Source: Lysobacterales bacterium (lineage in GTDB: Bacteria > Pseudomonadota > Gammaproteobacteria > Xanthomonadales > Xanthomonadaceae). From it: DNA of 64,000 nucleotides. The notes under the pieces were generated by a model that had not been told where the DNA came from, searched no databases, and was given only the letters and a program-made list of their open reading frames with translations. The stretch is taken from assembly GCA_038248955.1 (NCBI GenBank), contig JBBRWW010000001.1, positions 25-64,024 of the forward strand, in the 5' to 3' direction. Shown in pieces: positions 8,932 to 22,373 of the stretch. Made by a program: the position numbers and the translations under genes. Within the stretch, counting starts at the first letter, position 1. Every line of letters starts with the position of its first letter.

Positions 8932-10281
8932 ATGAGCAAGGACTTCGACCTGATCGTGATCGGTGGCGGATCCGGCGGCCTGGCCGGGGCGTTCCGCGCC
9001 GCCGAGCATGGCGCGCGCGTCGCGCTCCTGGAGCCCGGGGCGCTCGGTGGCACCTGCGTGAACGTCGGTTGCGTGCCGAAGAAGGCGATGTGGCTGGCGG
9101 CGGACGTCGCCCACAAGCTGCAGCTGGCGCAGGCGCTGGGCTTTCCGATCGGCGCGGCGGCGCTCGATTGGCCGACCTTTATCGCCCACCGCCAGCGCTA
9201 CATCGGCAACATCCACGAGAGCTACCGTAATCGCCTGGACGCCTCCGGCATCGCCTTGCTGCCGACGCGTGCCCATTTCGTCGGCGCGCACACGGTCGAG
9301 TGCGACGGCGGCGTGCGCCTGAACGCGCCGCAGATCCTGATCGCCACCGGCGGCCATGCGGTGAAGCCGGACATTCCGGGCGCCGAACTGGGTGGCGACT
9401 CCGACGATTTCTTCGACTGGATCGCGGCGCCGGAGCGCGTGGCGATTGTCGGCGGCGGCTACATCTCGATCGAACTGGCCGGCATGTTGCAGGCGCTGGG
9501 TAGCCGGGTCGAGGTGTTCGTGCGCGGGCCGCGGTTACTGGACGGGTTTGAGGTGGAACTCACCGACCAGCTGACCGAGGACTACCGCCAGGCCGGCGTT
9601 CACTTCCACTTCGGCCATCGGCTCGCGGCCGCTGAAGCGGTGGGCGGGGGCGTTCGCCTGCACGCGGCTGACCACACCGCCAGCGAGGTGTTCGACGCCT
9701 TGTTGTTCGCGACCGGGCGCCGCGCCAACACCGCATCGCTCGGTCTGGAGGCCGCCGGCATCACCACCGACATGCGCGGTTTTATCGTCGTCGATGCGCT
9801 GCACGCGACCAACGTCACCGGGGTGCATGCGGTCGGTGATGTAACCGCGAACCGCGCGCTGACGCCGGTCGCCATTGCGGCGGCGCGGCGGCTGATGGGG
9901 CGGTTGTTCGGGGGGCGCGGCAACGACGCGCTCGATCAGGACAACATCGCCACGGTGGTGTTCTCGCACCCGCCGATCGCCACCGTCGGCCTGACCGAAG
10001 CCAAGGCCCGCGAACAGTTCGGCGATGACGTGCACGTGTACCGCAGTGGCTTCCGGCCGATGCTCAACGCGCTGGCCGACGTGCCGCAGCGCAGCCTGTT
10101 CAAGCTGGTATGCGTGGGCACGCAGCGCCGCGTGGTCGGCATCCACCTGCTCGGCGATGCTGCCGACGAGATCCTGCAGGGCTTCGCGGTGGCGCTGAGG
10201 CGCGGCATCACCCTCGACGACCTGCGCGACACGGTGGCGATCCACCCGACCAGCGCCGAGGAAATCGTGTTGATGCGGTGA
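8932..10281 (+). CDS. gor: glutathione-disulfide reductase
   Basis: FDLIVIGGGSGG plus the redox-active disulfide GGTCVNVGCVPKK. 449 aa. C-terminal HPTSAEE. Confidence 0.9.
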   Translation: MSKDFDLIVIGGGSGGLAGAFRAAEHGARVALLEPGALGGTCVNVGCVPKKAMWLAADVAHKLQLAQALGFPIGAAALDWPTFIAHRQRYIGNIHESYRNRLDASGIALLPTRAHFVGAHTVECDGGVRLNAPQILIATGGHAVKPDIPGAELGGDSDDFFDWIAAPERVAIVGGGYISIELAGMLQALGSRVEVFVRGPRLLDGFEVELTDQLTEDYRQAGVHFHFGHRLAAAEAVGGGVRLHAADHTASEVFDALLFATGRRANTASLGLEAAGITTDMRGFIVVDALHATNVTGVHAVGDVTANRALTPVAIAAARRLMGRLFGGRGNDALDQDNIATVVFSHPPIATVGLTEAKAREQFGDDVHVYRSGFRPMLNALADVPQRSLFKLVCVGTQRRVVGIHLLGDAADEILQGFAVALRRGITLDDLRDTVAIHPTSAEEIVLMR

Positions 10282-10388
10282 GCGTGAAAAGCGTTTTCGG
10301 GCGCGACGGATAGCTCCGCCGACGAATATCCAACACCCGATGCGCGGCCCCGGTGCGCCACGCTCCGGTGCCAGTCCATTGAGCGACA

Positions 10389-11180
10389 ATGGACGCCATG
10401 GACTCCTACAGCCTCCACCATGGCAGCGCGCCGCTGCTGGTCAGCCTGCCGCACGACGGCAGCGAGATACCGGCCGCGATCGCCGCGCGCATGACCGACG
10501 CCGCGCGCGCCGCGCCCGACACCGACTGGCACGTGGCGCGGCTGTACCGGTTCGCGCGCGATCTCGGCGCCTCCATCCTGGTGCCGCGCTACTCGCGCTA
10601 CGTGGTCGACCTCAACCGTCCGCCCGACGACACCTCGCTGTACCCCGGCCAGAACACCACCGGCCTGTGCCCGGCGGTGCAGTTCAACGGTGAGCCGGTC
10701 TACCTCGAGGGCGGCGCCCCGTCGAGCGAGGAAGTCGGCCGGCGCGTCGAGTGCTACTGGCGCCCATACCACGCCGCGCTGCGCGGCGAGCTCGACCGCC
10801 TGCGCGCCGCGCACGGCCGCGTGGTGCTGTGGGAGGGCCATTCGATCAAGGGCAGCGGGCTGCCGATGTTGTTCGATGGTCGTCTGCCCGACTTCAACCT
10901 TGGCACCGCATCGGGCAGCAGTTGTGCGCCGGCGCTGCAGCGGCGGCTGGAGATGGTGCTTGCGGCGCAGTCCGACTACGACTGGGTTGCCAACGGTCGC
11001 TTCAAGGGTGGCTACATCACGCGCCACTACGGCGAGCCCGCCGCCGGCATCGATGCGGTGCAGCTGGAGACCAGCCAGCGCATCTACATGGACGAAGCCA
11101 CGTTCGGCTATGACGCGACCATGGCGGTCGGGGCGCAACGTGTCATCCGGGCAATGCTGGAAACGCTCCCGCTTCACTGA
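10389..11180 (+). CDS. hutG: N-formylglutamate amidohydrolase family protein
   Basis: LLVSLPHDGSEIP...YSRYVVDLNRPPDD...GYITRHYG are FGase family hallmarks. No other hut genes are adjacent. Confidence 0.75.
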   Translation: MDAMDSYSLHHGSAPLLVSLPHDGSEIPAAIAARMTDAARAAPDTDWHVARLYRFARDLGASILVPRYSRYVVDLNRPPDDTSLYPGQNTTGLCPAVQFNGEPVYLEGGAPSSEEVGRRVECYWRPYHAALRGELDRLRAAHGRVVLWEGHSIKGSGLPMLFDGRLPDFNLGTASGSSCAPALQRRLEMVLAAQSDYDWVANGRFKGGYITRHYGEPAAGIDAVQLETSQRIYMDEATFGYDATMAVGAQRVIRAMLETLPLH

Positions 11181-11210
11181 ACAGGCACGCCCTGCTCTCG
11201 CCAGCGGGGG

Positions 11211-11849
11211 TTACTTGCGTGCTTCGAGTTCCCACAGCAGGTAGCTGGGTTTCGCACTGGCGCGCTTGCCCCGCAGCCAGCGCGACCAGCGCCGCAGCCG
11301 GCGCGACAGGCGCTTCAGCGGCGGGTGGTTCCCGCTTGATCCCGGAATCGCGCTGTAGGCCTCGGCGCGTTCGACCCACGCCAGGCGAACGACGTCGAAG
11401 CGGCCCTCGAAACCATACATCCGGCCCTTGGGGTTCTCGCCGCAGAAGTAGCTGTGGCTTTCAGCGGTGATGAAATTGACGTGGGTGGGATCAACGAACG
11501 CTTCCGCGTGCGGCCAGGCTGGCGTCAGTGCATACAATCGCCCGCCCGGCGCGAGCACGCGCCAGATGTCCTGCATCAGGGCGACAAACGGGAAGATCGT
11601 GTCGCGACCGTCGGCGCTCGGAAAAATCCGCGGCACGTGTTCAAGGAAATCGTAGGCCGACACCGAACCGAAGCTGCCATCGGGGTAGGGGATCGGTTCA
11701 AGGGTGAGGTTGGCGCTGCGGTGCTCAAACGCCACGTCGCCGGCGGGCGGGCAGATGTCGATGCCGCACAGCTGGCCACGGCCGTAGGGGTTGCGCGGCA
11801 CCGATCCACAGCCGAGGTCGAGGTGTCGATCGGGCAGGCTCATCGTCAT
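11211..11849 (-). CDS. class I SAM-dependent methyltransferase
   Basis: HLDLGCGS motif I, YDFLEHV, LAPGGRLY. The start MTMSLP at 11849 overlaps the parE stop (ATGA). Confidence 0.75.
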   Translation of the reverse strand: MTMSLPDRHLDLGCGSVPRNPYGRGQLCGIDICPPAGDVAFEHRSANLTLEPIPYPDGSFGSVSAYDFLEHVPRIFPSADGRDTIFPFVALMQDIWRVLAPGGRLYALTPAWPHAEAFVDPTHVNFITAESHSYFCGENPKGRMYGFEGRFDVVRLAWVERAEAYSAIPGSSGNHPPLKRLSRRLRRWSRWLRGKRASAKPSYLLWELEARK

Positions 11850-13774
11850 ACCTCCAGCGTCGCCAGGTCGCCCTTTTCCTCCAGCCACGCCTTGCGGTCG
11901 CTCGCACGTTTCTTCGCCAGCAGCATGTCCATCAACGCGTGGGTCGAGACCCCGTCATCGTCCACGGTCAGCTGCACCAGCCGGCGGGTGTCGGGATGCA
12001 CGGTGGACTCGCGCAGCTGCGAGGGATTCATCTCGCCCAGTCCCTTGAACCGGGTGACGTTGACCGCGCCGGCCATGCCCTTCTTGCGCTCGGCCTTCTC
12101 GCGCTCGATCTTCTCCAGCAGGATGCGTTTTTCTTCCTCGTCGAGCGCGTAGAACACCTGCTTGCCCACGTCGACGCGGAACAGCGGCGGCATCGCCACG
12201 AACACGTGGCCGGACGCGACCAGGGTCGGGAAATGCTTGAGGAACAGCGCCGTGAGCAGCGTGGCGATGTGCAGGCCGTCGGAGTCGGCGTCGGCGAGGA
12301 TGATCACCTTGCCGTAGCGCAGGCCGCTGATGTCGTCCTTGCCAGGGTCGCAGCCGATCGCGACCGCGAGGTCGTGCACTTCCTGCGAGGCCAGCACGCT
12401 GCCGGAGGCGACTTCCCAGGTGTTGAGGATCTTGCCGCGCAATGGCAGGATCGCCTGGAAGTCCTTGTCGCGCGCCTGCCGCGCGCTGCCGCCGGCGGAA
12501 TCGCCTTCCACCAGGAACAGTTCGGTGCGCGACAGGTCCTGCGAGCTGCAGTCGGCAAGCTTGCCCGGCAGGGCGGGGCCCTGGGTGATCTTCTTGCGGG
12601 TGATCTGCTTCTCGGTCTTGAGCCGCAGCGAGGCGCGCTCGATCGCCAGTTGGGCGATGCGCTCGCCCAGTTCGGTGTGCTGGTTGAGCCACAGCGAGAA
12701 CGCATCGTGCGCGGCGCCCTCGACGAAGCCTGCGGCCTGGCGCGAGCTCAGGCGCTCCTTCGTCTGGCCGCTGAACTGCGGGTCGGTCAGCTTGATGCTG
12801 AGCACGAACGCGACCCGGTCCCAGACGTCCTCCGGCGCCAGCTTGACGCCGCGCGGCAGCAGGTTGCGGAAGTCGCAGAATTCCCGCAGCGCGTCGGTGA
12901 AGCCGGTGCGCAGGCCGTTGACGTGGGTGCCGTGGGCCGCGGTCGGAATGAGATTCACGTAGCTTTCCTGGATCAGCTCCCCGTCCGGCGCCCACGCCAC
13001 CGCCCAGTCGGCGGTCTCGGTGTTGAGTTCGCGCTTGCCGACGAACAGCTCCGGCGGCAGCAGCTCGCGGCCCTGCGGGTAGCCGGCCTGCAGCTCGCCG
13101 CGCAGGTAGTCGCGCAGCCCGTCCTCATAGAACCATTCCAGCTTCTCACCGCTGGCGACGTCATGCAGGCGAACGGTCAGGCCGGGGCACAGCACCGCCT
13201 TGGCGCGCAGCAGGTGCTTGAGCGCGCGCAGGTTGAACTTGGGCGTATCGAAGTATTTCGGGTCTGGCCAGAAGCGCAGCCGGGTACCGGTGTTCTTCTT
13301 GCCGACGGTGCCGACGATGTCGAGCTCGGAGGCGCGGTCGCCGTCGCGGAACGCCATCCGGTACTCGTTGCCGTCGCGCTTGATGAACAGCTCCACCTGG
13401 GTGGACAGCGCATTGACCACGCTGACGCCAACCCCGTGCAGGCCGCCGGAGAAGGTGTAGTTCTTGTTGCTGAACTTGCCGCCCGCGTGCAGGCGCGTGA
13501 GGATCAGCTCGACGCCGGGGATCTTCTCCTCCGGGTGGATGTCGACCGGCATGCCGCGGCCGTCGTCACTGACCTCGCAGCTGCCGTCGGCATGCATGGT
13601 GACGTCGATGGTGCGGGCGTGGCCGGCGAGTGCCTCGTCGACCGCGTTGTCGACGACTTCCTGGGCCAAGTGGTTCGGCCGAGTGGTGTCGGTGTACATG
13701 CCCGGGCGGCGCTTGACCGGATCCAGGCCGGAAAGGACTTCGATGTCTTCGGCGTTGTAGCGACTGCTCATCAA
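11846..13774 (-). CDS. parE: DNA topoisomerase IV subunit B
   Basis: 642 aa. GHKL ATPase N-terminus (LSGLDPVKRRPGMYTD, GGLHGVG), Toprim EGDSAGGS, and no GyrB-type insertion. Confidence 0.93.
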   Translation of the reverse strand: MMSSRYNAEDIEVLSGLDPVKRRPGMYTDTTRPNHLAQEVVDNAVDEALAGHARTIDVTMHADGSCEVSDDGRGMPVDIHPEEKIPGVELILTRLHAGGKFSNKNYTFSGGLHGVGVSVVNALSTQVELFIKRDGNEYRMAFRDGDRASELDIVGTVGKKNTGTRLRFWPDPKYFDTPKFNLRALKHLLRAKAVLCPGLTVRLHDVASGEKLEWFYEDGLRDYLRGELQAGYPQGRELLPPELFVGKRELNTETADWAVAWAPDGELIQESYVNLIPTAAHGTHVNGLRTGFTDALREFCDFRNLLPRGVKLAPEDVWDRVAFVLSIKLTDPQFSGQTKERLSSRQAAGFVEGAAHDAFSLWLNQHTELGERIAQLAIERASLRLKTEKQITRKKITQGPALPGKLADCSSQDLSRTELFLVEGDSAGGSARQARDKDFQAILPLRGKILNTWEVASGSVLASQEVHDLAVAIGCDPGKDDISGLRYGKVIILADADSDGLHIATLLTALFLKHFPTLVASGHVFVAMPPLFRVDVGKQVFYALDEEEKRILLEKIEREKAERKKGMAGAVNVTRFKGLGEMNPSQLRESTVHPDTRRLVQLTVDDDGVSTHALMDMLLAKKRASDRKAWLEEKGDLATLEV

Positions 13775-13983
13775 TGGGGAGGGGCCGGGAGCGAAGCGGC
13801 GAGGATGGCAACGGCAGGCAGGGTGGTCAAGCCGTCGCGCCGCGCGCCCCTGTGGACTGACAGGTTAAATGCCCGTTATTCAGCTACGAGCACGGCAGCC
13901 GGGGCTAGGGTTCGGCCCGTCGTTGAGGGGAGCGGCCATTGCGATTCATTTCTCGATCCCCGAATTTCCCAGGAGACACCTTC

Positions 13984-14376
13984 ATGACCATTCGCAGGCT
14001 GTTGTTACCCGCCCTGATCGCGGCTGCCTTCACCGCCCCGGCCGCCTTCGCCCAGGTGGATGTGGGCGCCCAAGGCGCCACCACTCTGGGTGCGCAGGCC
14101 GGCCCGGTGGGCACCCATGCCCAGGTCGGCATCGACGCCTCGGCGCAGTCCGGGGTCGTGCGTGACACGGTGGAGTCGGCCAAGGCCACCGGCGAGCAGG
14201 TGGGCGGCCAGGTCAAGGGCGTGGCGCGCGCCGGTGCCAAGGCCGCCGAAAATGCCAGTAACACGGCGGCCGACGCGGCATCGGGCAACGCCAACGCCGA
14301 CGCCGACGCCAAGGCCAAAGTCGCGGGCAAGGCCCACGTCAATGATGCCGAGCCCGAAGAGGATGACGGCGACTAA
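13984..14376 (+). CDS. secreted low-complexity Ala/Gly/Gln-rich hypothetical protein
   Basis: Signal peptide MTIRRLLLPALIAAAFTAPAAFA, then a repetitive A/G/Q/V-rich region and an acidic tail EPEEDDGD. Followed by a hairpin terminator. Confidence 0.55.
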   Translation: MTIRRLLLPALIAAAFTAPAAFAQVDVGAQGATTLGAQAGPVGTHAQVGIDASAQSGVVRDTVESAKATGEQVGGQVKGVARAGAKAAENASNTAADAASGNANADADAKAKVAGKAHVNDAEPEEDDGD

Positions 14377-14397
14377 TCAGGCTGCCTTGCAGGTCGC

Positions 14398-14430
14398 AAC
14401 GCCCCGGTCAGCGCCGGGGCGTTGTCATTT
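14398..14430 (+). terminator. rho-independent-type hairpin after the small secreted-protein gene
   Basis: aacgccccgg-tcagcg-ccggggcgtt, a 10-bp perfect stem followed by gtcattt. Confidence 0.5.
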
Positions 14431-14463
14431 GCGGGGCCGCGTATGGCTTGCGGCGCTCGCTAA

Positions 14464-16251
<1,788 letters not shown>

Positions 16252-16384
16252 CCGGCCTACGTGGCAGCGGCGCAGGCTGGTACAGGCCATGGGTTCGAGC
16301 CGCTCTTGCCGACCTTGCTGCGCGCCCCTGCTCTGGCCCGGCTCGCCTTGACGAGGCGTGCCGCGCTGCTGCCGGGATCGCCCG

Positions 16385-17218
16385 ATGAACCTCTGCGGAT
16401 TCGAGGTCGGCCTCGACCGGCCGTTCTTCCTGATCGCCGGCCCGTGCGTGATCGAGTCGATGCAGTTGCAGCTCGACACCGCCGGCGCGCTCAAGGAAAT
16501 CACCGGTTCGCTCGGCATTCCCTTCATTTTCAAGTCGAGTTTCGACAAGGCCAATCGCACCTCCGGCACCAGCTTCCGCGGCCCGGGCGTGGCCGAGGGC
16601 CTGAAGGTGCTCAGCGAGGTGAAGCGCCAGCTCGGCGTGCCGGTGCTGACCGACGTGCACGAGTACACGCCGCTGGACGAGGTCACCGCGGTCGTCGACG
16701 TGCTGCAGACACCGGCGTTCCTGTGCCGGCAGACCGACTTCATCCAGAAGGTCGCCAGCGCCGGCAAGCCGGTCAACATCAAGAAGGGCCAGTTCCTGTC
16801 GCCGTGGGAGATGAAGCACGTCACCGCCAAGGCGCTGGCCACCGGCAACACCGCGATCATGGCCTGCGAACGCGGCGCCAGCTTCGGCTACAACAACCTG
16901 GTCAGCGACATGCGCTCGCTCAGCGTGATGCGCGACACCGGCTGCCCGGTGGTGTTCGACGCGACCCATTCGGTGCAGCTGCCCGGCGGCATGGACGGCA
17001 AGTCCGGCGGCCAGCGCGAGTTCGTGCCGGTGCTGTCGCGCGCGGCGATGGCGGTCGGCATCGCCGGCATCTTCATGGAAACCCATCCCGATCCCGACAA
17101 GGCCTTGTCCGATGGCCCGAACGCCTGGCCGCTGGGCAGGATGCGTGCGCTACTGGAAACGCTGATGGCGCTGGACGAAGTGACCAAGCGCAACGGCTTC
17201 CTGGAATCGGGCATGTAA
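16385..17218 (+). CDS. kdsA: 3-deoxy-8-phosphooctulonate synthase
   Basis: Internal start MNLCGF of ORF 16358..17218. [11 protein letters not shown]...[12 protein letters not shown]. Confidence 0.93.
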   Translation: MNLCGFEVGLDRPFFLIAGPCVIESMQLQLDTAGALKEITGSLGIPFIFKSSFDKANRTSGTSFRGPGVAEGLKVLSEVKRQLGVPVLTDVHEYTPLDEVTAVVDVLQTPAFLCRQTDFIQKVASAGKPVNIKKGQFLSPWEMKHVTAKALATGNTAIMACERGASFGYNNLVSDMRSLSVMRDTGCPVVFDATHSVQLPGGMDGKSGGQREFVPVLSRAAMAVGIAGIFMETHPDPDKALSDGPNAWPLGRMRALLETLMALDEVTKRNGFLESGM

Positions 17219-17263
17219 CCCGCGTTTATGTAACCCGCCTGTGCCCGCGCGAAAAACCCCTGA

Positions 17264-18607
<1,344 letters not shown>

Positions 18608-18621
18608 CGGGCACCGGCCGA

Positions 18622-18957
18622 ATGCGCGCGATGGGACTGCTGTTGGCGGCGCTGGTCGCGGTGCTGGCGCTGCTGCAGTTCCGGCTGTGGATGGGGCAGG
18701 GCGGCTATCGCTCCGTCGCCGCCCTGCAGGCGCAGGTGCAGCAGCAGACCCGCGAAAACGCCGGGCTTGAACAGCGCAACGCGGCATTGGCGGCCGAGGT
18801 CGAGGACCTGAAATCCGGAGAGGCGGCGGTCGAGGAGCGCGCGCGTAGCGAACTGGGCATGATCAAGCCCGGCGAAACGTTCTACCGCGTGGTTGGGACC
18901 GGTGACGCACCCGTGGCCAACCCCGGCCCCGCCGCAGGCGCCGGCACATCGCCGTGA
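18622..18957 (+). CDS. ftsB: cell division protein FtsB
   Basis: One transmembrane helix plus a coiled coil, then ARSELGMIKPGETFY. Conserved position between eno and ispD. Confidence 0.85.
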   Translation: MRAMGLLLAALVAVLALLQFRLWMGQGGYRSVAALQAQVQQQTRENAGLEQRNAALAAEVEDLKSGEAAVEERARSELGMIKPGETFYRVVGTGDAPVANPGPAAGAGTSP

Positions 18958-19679
18958 CCACCGTGATTTCGGCGTCGCCGGAGCTGGGCGCGGCGGACAT
19001 CTGGGCGGTGCTGCCGGCCGCTGGCCGTGGCACCCGCTTTGGTGGCGACACGCCAAAGCAATACCTCCTAGCCGGCGGCCAGCTGCTGATCGCCCATGCG
19101 CTGGACGCGCTGCTCGCGCACCCGCGCATCGCCGGCGCGGTGGTCGCGCTGGCCGCCGATGACGCGCGCTGGCCGGGCTGGACCAGCCGTCACGGCAAGC
19201 CGGTGGTGCGCTGCGATGGCGGCGCCGAGCGCGCGGACTCGGTGCTGGCGGCGCTACGCATGGTGCCGGCCGATCCGGGCCACGATCCGCTGGTGCTGGT
19301 GCACGACGCCGCACGCCCGAATCTGCACCGCGACGACCTCGATCGCCTGATCGCCGCCGCCGAGGCCAGCGCCGGTGGAGCGATCCTCGCCGCGCCGGTA
19401 CGCGACACCCTCAAGCGCGCCGACGCGGAGACGCGCGTCATTGCGACGGAACCACGCGCGGGCCTGTGGCGCGCGCTCACGCCGCAGGCCTTCCGTCGCG
19501 CCGTGCTGATCGCCGCACTGGAACGCGCGCACGCCGACGGCGTCCGTGTCACCGACGAATCGATGGCCATCGAGCGCACTGGCGCGCACCCGCGCCTGGT
19601 CGAAGGTCGCGAAGACAACCTGAAAGTCACCACTCCTGCCGACCTCGCCCTGGTCGACCACCTGCTGAGCATTCGATGA
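18954..19679 (+). CDS. ispD: 2-C-methyl-D-erythritol 4-phosphate cytidylyltransferase
   Basis: [10 protein letters not shown] motif and VLVHDAARP. The GTG start overlaps the ftsB stop. Confidence 0.9.
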   Translation: MTTVISASPELGAADIWAVLPAAGRGTRFGGDTPKQYLLAGGQLLIAHALDALLAHPRIAGAVVALAADDARWPGWTSRHGKPVVRCDGGAERADSVLAALRMVPADPGHDPLVLVHDAARPNLHRDDLDRLIAAAEASAGGAILAAPVRDTLKRADAETRVIATEPRAGLWRALTPQAFRRAVLIAALERAHADGVRVTDESMAIERTGAHPRLVEGREDNLKVTTPADLALVDHLLSIR

Positions 19680-20191
19680 ACCGAACCCCGACCGCACCTC
19701 CTCCGGCGTTGCCGCGCATCCGCATCGGACAGGGCTATGACGTGCACGCGTTCGGCGAGGGCGACCATGTGATGCTCGGTGGCGTGTGCGTGCCGCACGA
19801 CCGGGGTGTGCTGGCGCATTCCGATGGCGACGTCGTGATCCATGCCCTGTGCGACGCCATGCTCGGAGCGCTGGCGCTGGGCGATATCGGCCGGCATTTC
19901 CCGCCTTCGGACCTGCAGTGGCAGGGCGCCGACAGCCGCACATTCCTGCGCCACTGCCATGGCTTGCTCGCAACGCGCGGCTGGCGGGTGGGCAATGTCG
20001 ACATCACGGTCGTCTGTGAACTCCCCAAGGTTGGTCCACATGCGCTGGCGATGCGCGAACTGCTCGCAGCCGAGCTCGCGGTGCCGCTGGACGCGGTCAG
20101 CATCAAGGCGACCACCACCGAGAAGCTCGGGCTTACCGGGCGTGGCGAAGGCATCGCCGCGACCGCCGTATGCCTGCTGGTCGCCGCATGA
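19676..20191 (+). CDS. ispF: 2-C-methyl-D-erythritol 2,4-cyclodiphosphate synthase
   Basis: [11 protein letters not shown]...[14 protein letters not shown]...[20 protein letters not shown] overlap with ispD. Confidence 0.93.
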   Translation: MNRTPTAPPPALPRIRIGQGYDVHAFGEGDHVMLGGVCVPHDRGVLAHSDGDVVIHALCDAMLGALALGDIGRHFPPSDLQWQGADSRTFLRHCHGLLATRGWRVGNVDITVVCELPKVGPHALAMRELLAAELAVPLDAVSIKATTTEKLGLTGRGEGIAATAVCLLVAA

Positions 20192-21252
20192 GCACGCCCG
20201 ACGGCGGCGGCCTGCCGCGCGCGGCGGGCGCGGCGGTGCTGGCGGCGCGGATCCGCACCACTGCCGAGGACTTCTTCGTCGAGGAGATGCCCGGCTTCGA
20301 GCCCAGTGGCAGCGGCGAGCACCTGCTTCTGACGGTCGAGAAGCGCGGCATGAACACCGCGTTCGCCGCCAGGCGCATCGCCCAATGGGCCGGTGTCGGC
20401 GAGGTGGCGATCGGCTACGCCGGCATGAAGGACCGCCACGCCGTGACCCGCCAGCGCTTCAGCGTGCACCTGCCCAAGCGCGTGGCGCCTGACCTCGATG
20501 GGCTCCAGGACGGTGACCTGACGGTGATCGACCACCAGTGGCACGCGCGCAAGCTGCCGCGCGGCGCGCTTGCCGGCAACCGCTTCGTGCTGGCGCTGCG
20601 CGAGGTGCGCGGCGATCGCGATGCCATCGAGTCGCGCCTGCAGGCGATCGCCGCGCATGGCGTGCCCAACTATTTCGGCGAGCAGCGCTTCGGCCGCGAG
20701 GGCGACAACGTCGCCAATGCGCTGGCCATGTTCGCCGGCCGCCGGATGCGCCGTGAACAGCGCAGCGTGCTGCTGTCGGCGGCGCGCTCGGAGTTGTTCA
20801 ACCGGGTACTCGCCGCGCGTGTCGACGCGGGCACCTGGAACCAGCCACTGGTCGGCGAGGTATGGATGCTCGACGGCAGCCGCAGCGTGTTCGGCCCCGA
20901 ACCATTCGATGCCACCCTGGCCGATCGCCTGGCGGCGTTCGACATCCACCCCAGTGGACCGCTGTGGGGACGCGGCGAGCTGCGCAGCCGCGAGCAGGCC
21001 GCCGATGTCGAACGGGCGGCGCTGGCGGGCGACGAAGCCGAGGCATTGCGGCTCGGGCTGGAAAGCGCCGGGCTCAACCAGGAGCGCCGTGGCCTGCGCT
21101 TGCGGCCGACGGATCTGGCGTGGCGCTGGCTGGGGGACGATGCCCTGGAACTGGCTTTTTCGTTGCCGCCAGGGGCCTATGCCACGGTCGTATTGTCGGA
21201 ACTGGGCGAAATCCGCTCCACCGGCGCGGCGATGGGTCTGGCGCCTGAGTAG
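20188..21252 (+). CDS. truD: tRNA pseudouridine(13) synthase TruD
   Basis: AEDFFVEE...[14 protein letters not shown]...[13 protein letters not shown] overlap with ispF. Confidence 0.9.
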   Translation: MSTPDGGGLPRAAGAAVLAARIRTTAEDFFVEEMPGFEPSGSGEHLLLTVEKRGMNTAFAARRIAQWAGVGEVAIGYAGMKDRHAVTRQRFSVHLPKRVAPDLDGLQDGDLTVIDHQWHARKLPRGALAGNRFVLALREVRGDRDAIESRLQAIAAHGVPNYFGEQRFGREGDNVANALAMFAGRRMRREQRSVLLSAARSELFNRVLAARVDAGTWNQPLVGEVWMLDGSRSVFGPEPFDATLADRLAAFDIHPSGPLWGRGELRSREQAADVERAALAGDEAEALRLGLESAGLNQERRGLRLRPTDLAWRWLGDDALELAFSLPPGAYATVVLSELGEIRSTGAAMGLAPE

Positions 21253-21383
21253 ACCGCTGGTCGGAAAGCGGACGGCGGCACTGGAAGCACCAATTCGCCG
21301 GCGTATAAGCGCAGGTGATGCCCGGCATCGGCCCGGACGTCGGCGTTCCCACCTCATGGGGGCGCATTCCGGAGGGCGTCGTC

Positions 21384-21617
21384 ATGAACACATCCATCAG
21401 TACCGCGATCCTGTCGTTGGCGGTGGCGGGCTTGGCAGGTTGTGCAGGGATGCAGCAGAAGGCGGAGGCTGCCTACGTCGCGCCGCAGCGCGCGCCTTCA
21501 GTCATGGACAAGGACCAGGTCTACATGGCGACGGTCGAGCGGATCGCCCGCCGCCGCGGTATCGAGGTGGTGTGGGTCAACGTGCCGCGCAAGCCGCTCG
21601 CCCGACGCGAGGACTGA
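21384..21617 (+). CDS. small hypothetical lipoprotein (77 aa)
   Basis: Internal start of ORF 21315..21617. Lipobox LAGC in MNTSISTAILSLAVAGLAGCAG. Confidence 0.55.
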   Translation: MNTSISTAILSLAVAGLAGCAGMQQKAEAAYVAPQRAPSVMDKDQVYMATVERIARRRGIEVVWVNVPRKPLARRED

Positions 21618-21636
21618 CGCGAGGATCGAGGTTGAT

Positions 21637-22275
21637 TCATGGCCGCCGTTGCGGGGCGAGCAGCACCAGTACCACGCCCGTGCCGCCTTGCGCAGCGGGC
21701 GCGGAATGGAAGGCGAGGATGTCGGCCCGGTGCCGCAGCAGCCGGTCGACGAGGTTCTTGAGCACCGGCGCGCCGCTGCTGCCGATACATTCGCTCGGGT
21801 GCAGGCCCTTGCCGTGGATCACCCGCACGCAGGCATGGCCGTGCAGGCGCGCCTCGCCGAGGAAGCCGCGCAGCAGGAGTTCCGCGGTGCGGGCGTCGGC
21901 GCCGTGCAGGTCCAGTTCGTCCTGCGCCGCGATTTCGCCGCGCTTGAGGCGCTGAAGTACCCGCGCAGGCACCGAGTCCCGCCGGTAGGTGAGCGCGTCG
22001 CCGGCTTCCAGCAGGCTGGCATCGAGGGCATGACGGAATTCGTCGCGTGCCGCCGCCTCGTCGCGTTCAGCCATGCGGGCACGCGGTTTGGGCTTGGGCG
22101 GTCCGGGAGGAGGAGCTATCTCGCGCAGGCGCCGCACTGGACCGACCGCCTCGCGGAACAGGTCCTGGTCGTCCTTTTCGTCAGTGTCGCGGGCGCCCGT
22201 CACCGCCCCAGCGTACCGGGCGCGGCTGGCAACGCAAGCCGCAGGATTACCGCCTGGCAGCGCAAAAATCGCCAT
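21637..22275 (-). CDS. Smr/MutS2-C domain protein (SmrA-like)
   Basis: C-terminal Smr domain [20 protein letters not shown]...VRVIHGKG. The exact start is uncertain. Confidence 0.75.
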   Translation of the reverse strand: MAIFALPGGNPAACVASRARYAGAVTGARDTDEKDDQDLFREAVGPVRRLREIAPPPGPPKPKPRARMAERDEAAARDEFRHALDASLLEAGDALTYRRDSVPARVLQRLKRGEIAAQDELDLHGADARTAELLLRGFLGEARLHGHACVRVIHGKGLHPSECIGSSGAPVLKNLVDRLLRHRADILAFHSAPAAQGGTGVVLVLLAPQRRP

Positions 22276-22373
22276 CGGCGGGCGAGACCGAAAATCGCAT
22301 CGGCTATCATGGCCCCGCCTCGGTGGAACCGTCCGCCGCGATCCTCACCACTCATGGCGGCGCAAGGGAGTTC

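Noticed and set aside
5826-9116. 1096-aa ORF on the minus strand, the longest minus-strand ORF in this part of the track
   Set aside because: Only the C-terminal 535 codons (from MRIKSS at 7433) form a coherent protein with a signal peptide, propeptide and M4 catalytic domain. The upstream ~560 codons are Arg/Ala/Pro-rich and lie antisense to the well-supported DadA-like and gor genes. This is a typical open-frame artefact of high GC.
11939-13987. 682-aa plus-strand ORF
   Set aside because: It is antisense to parE, with no recognisable motifs.
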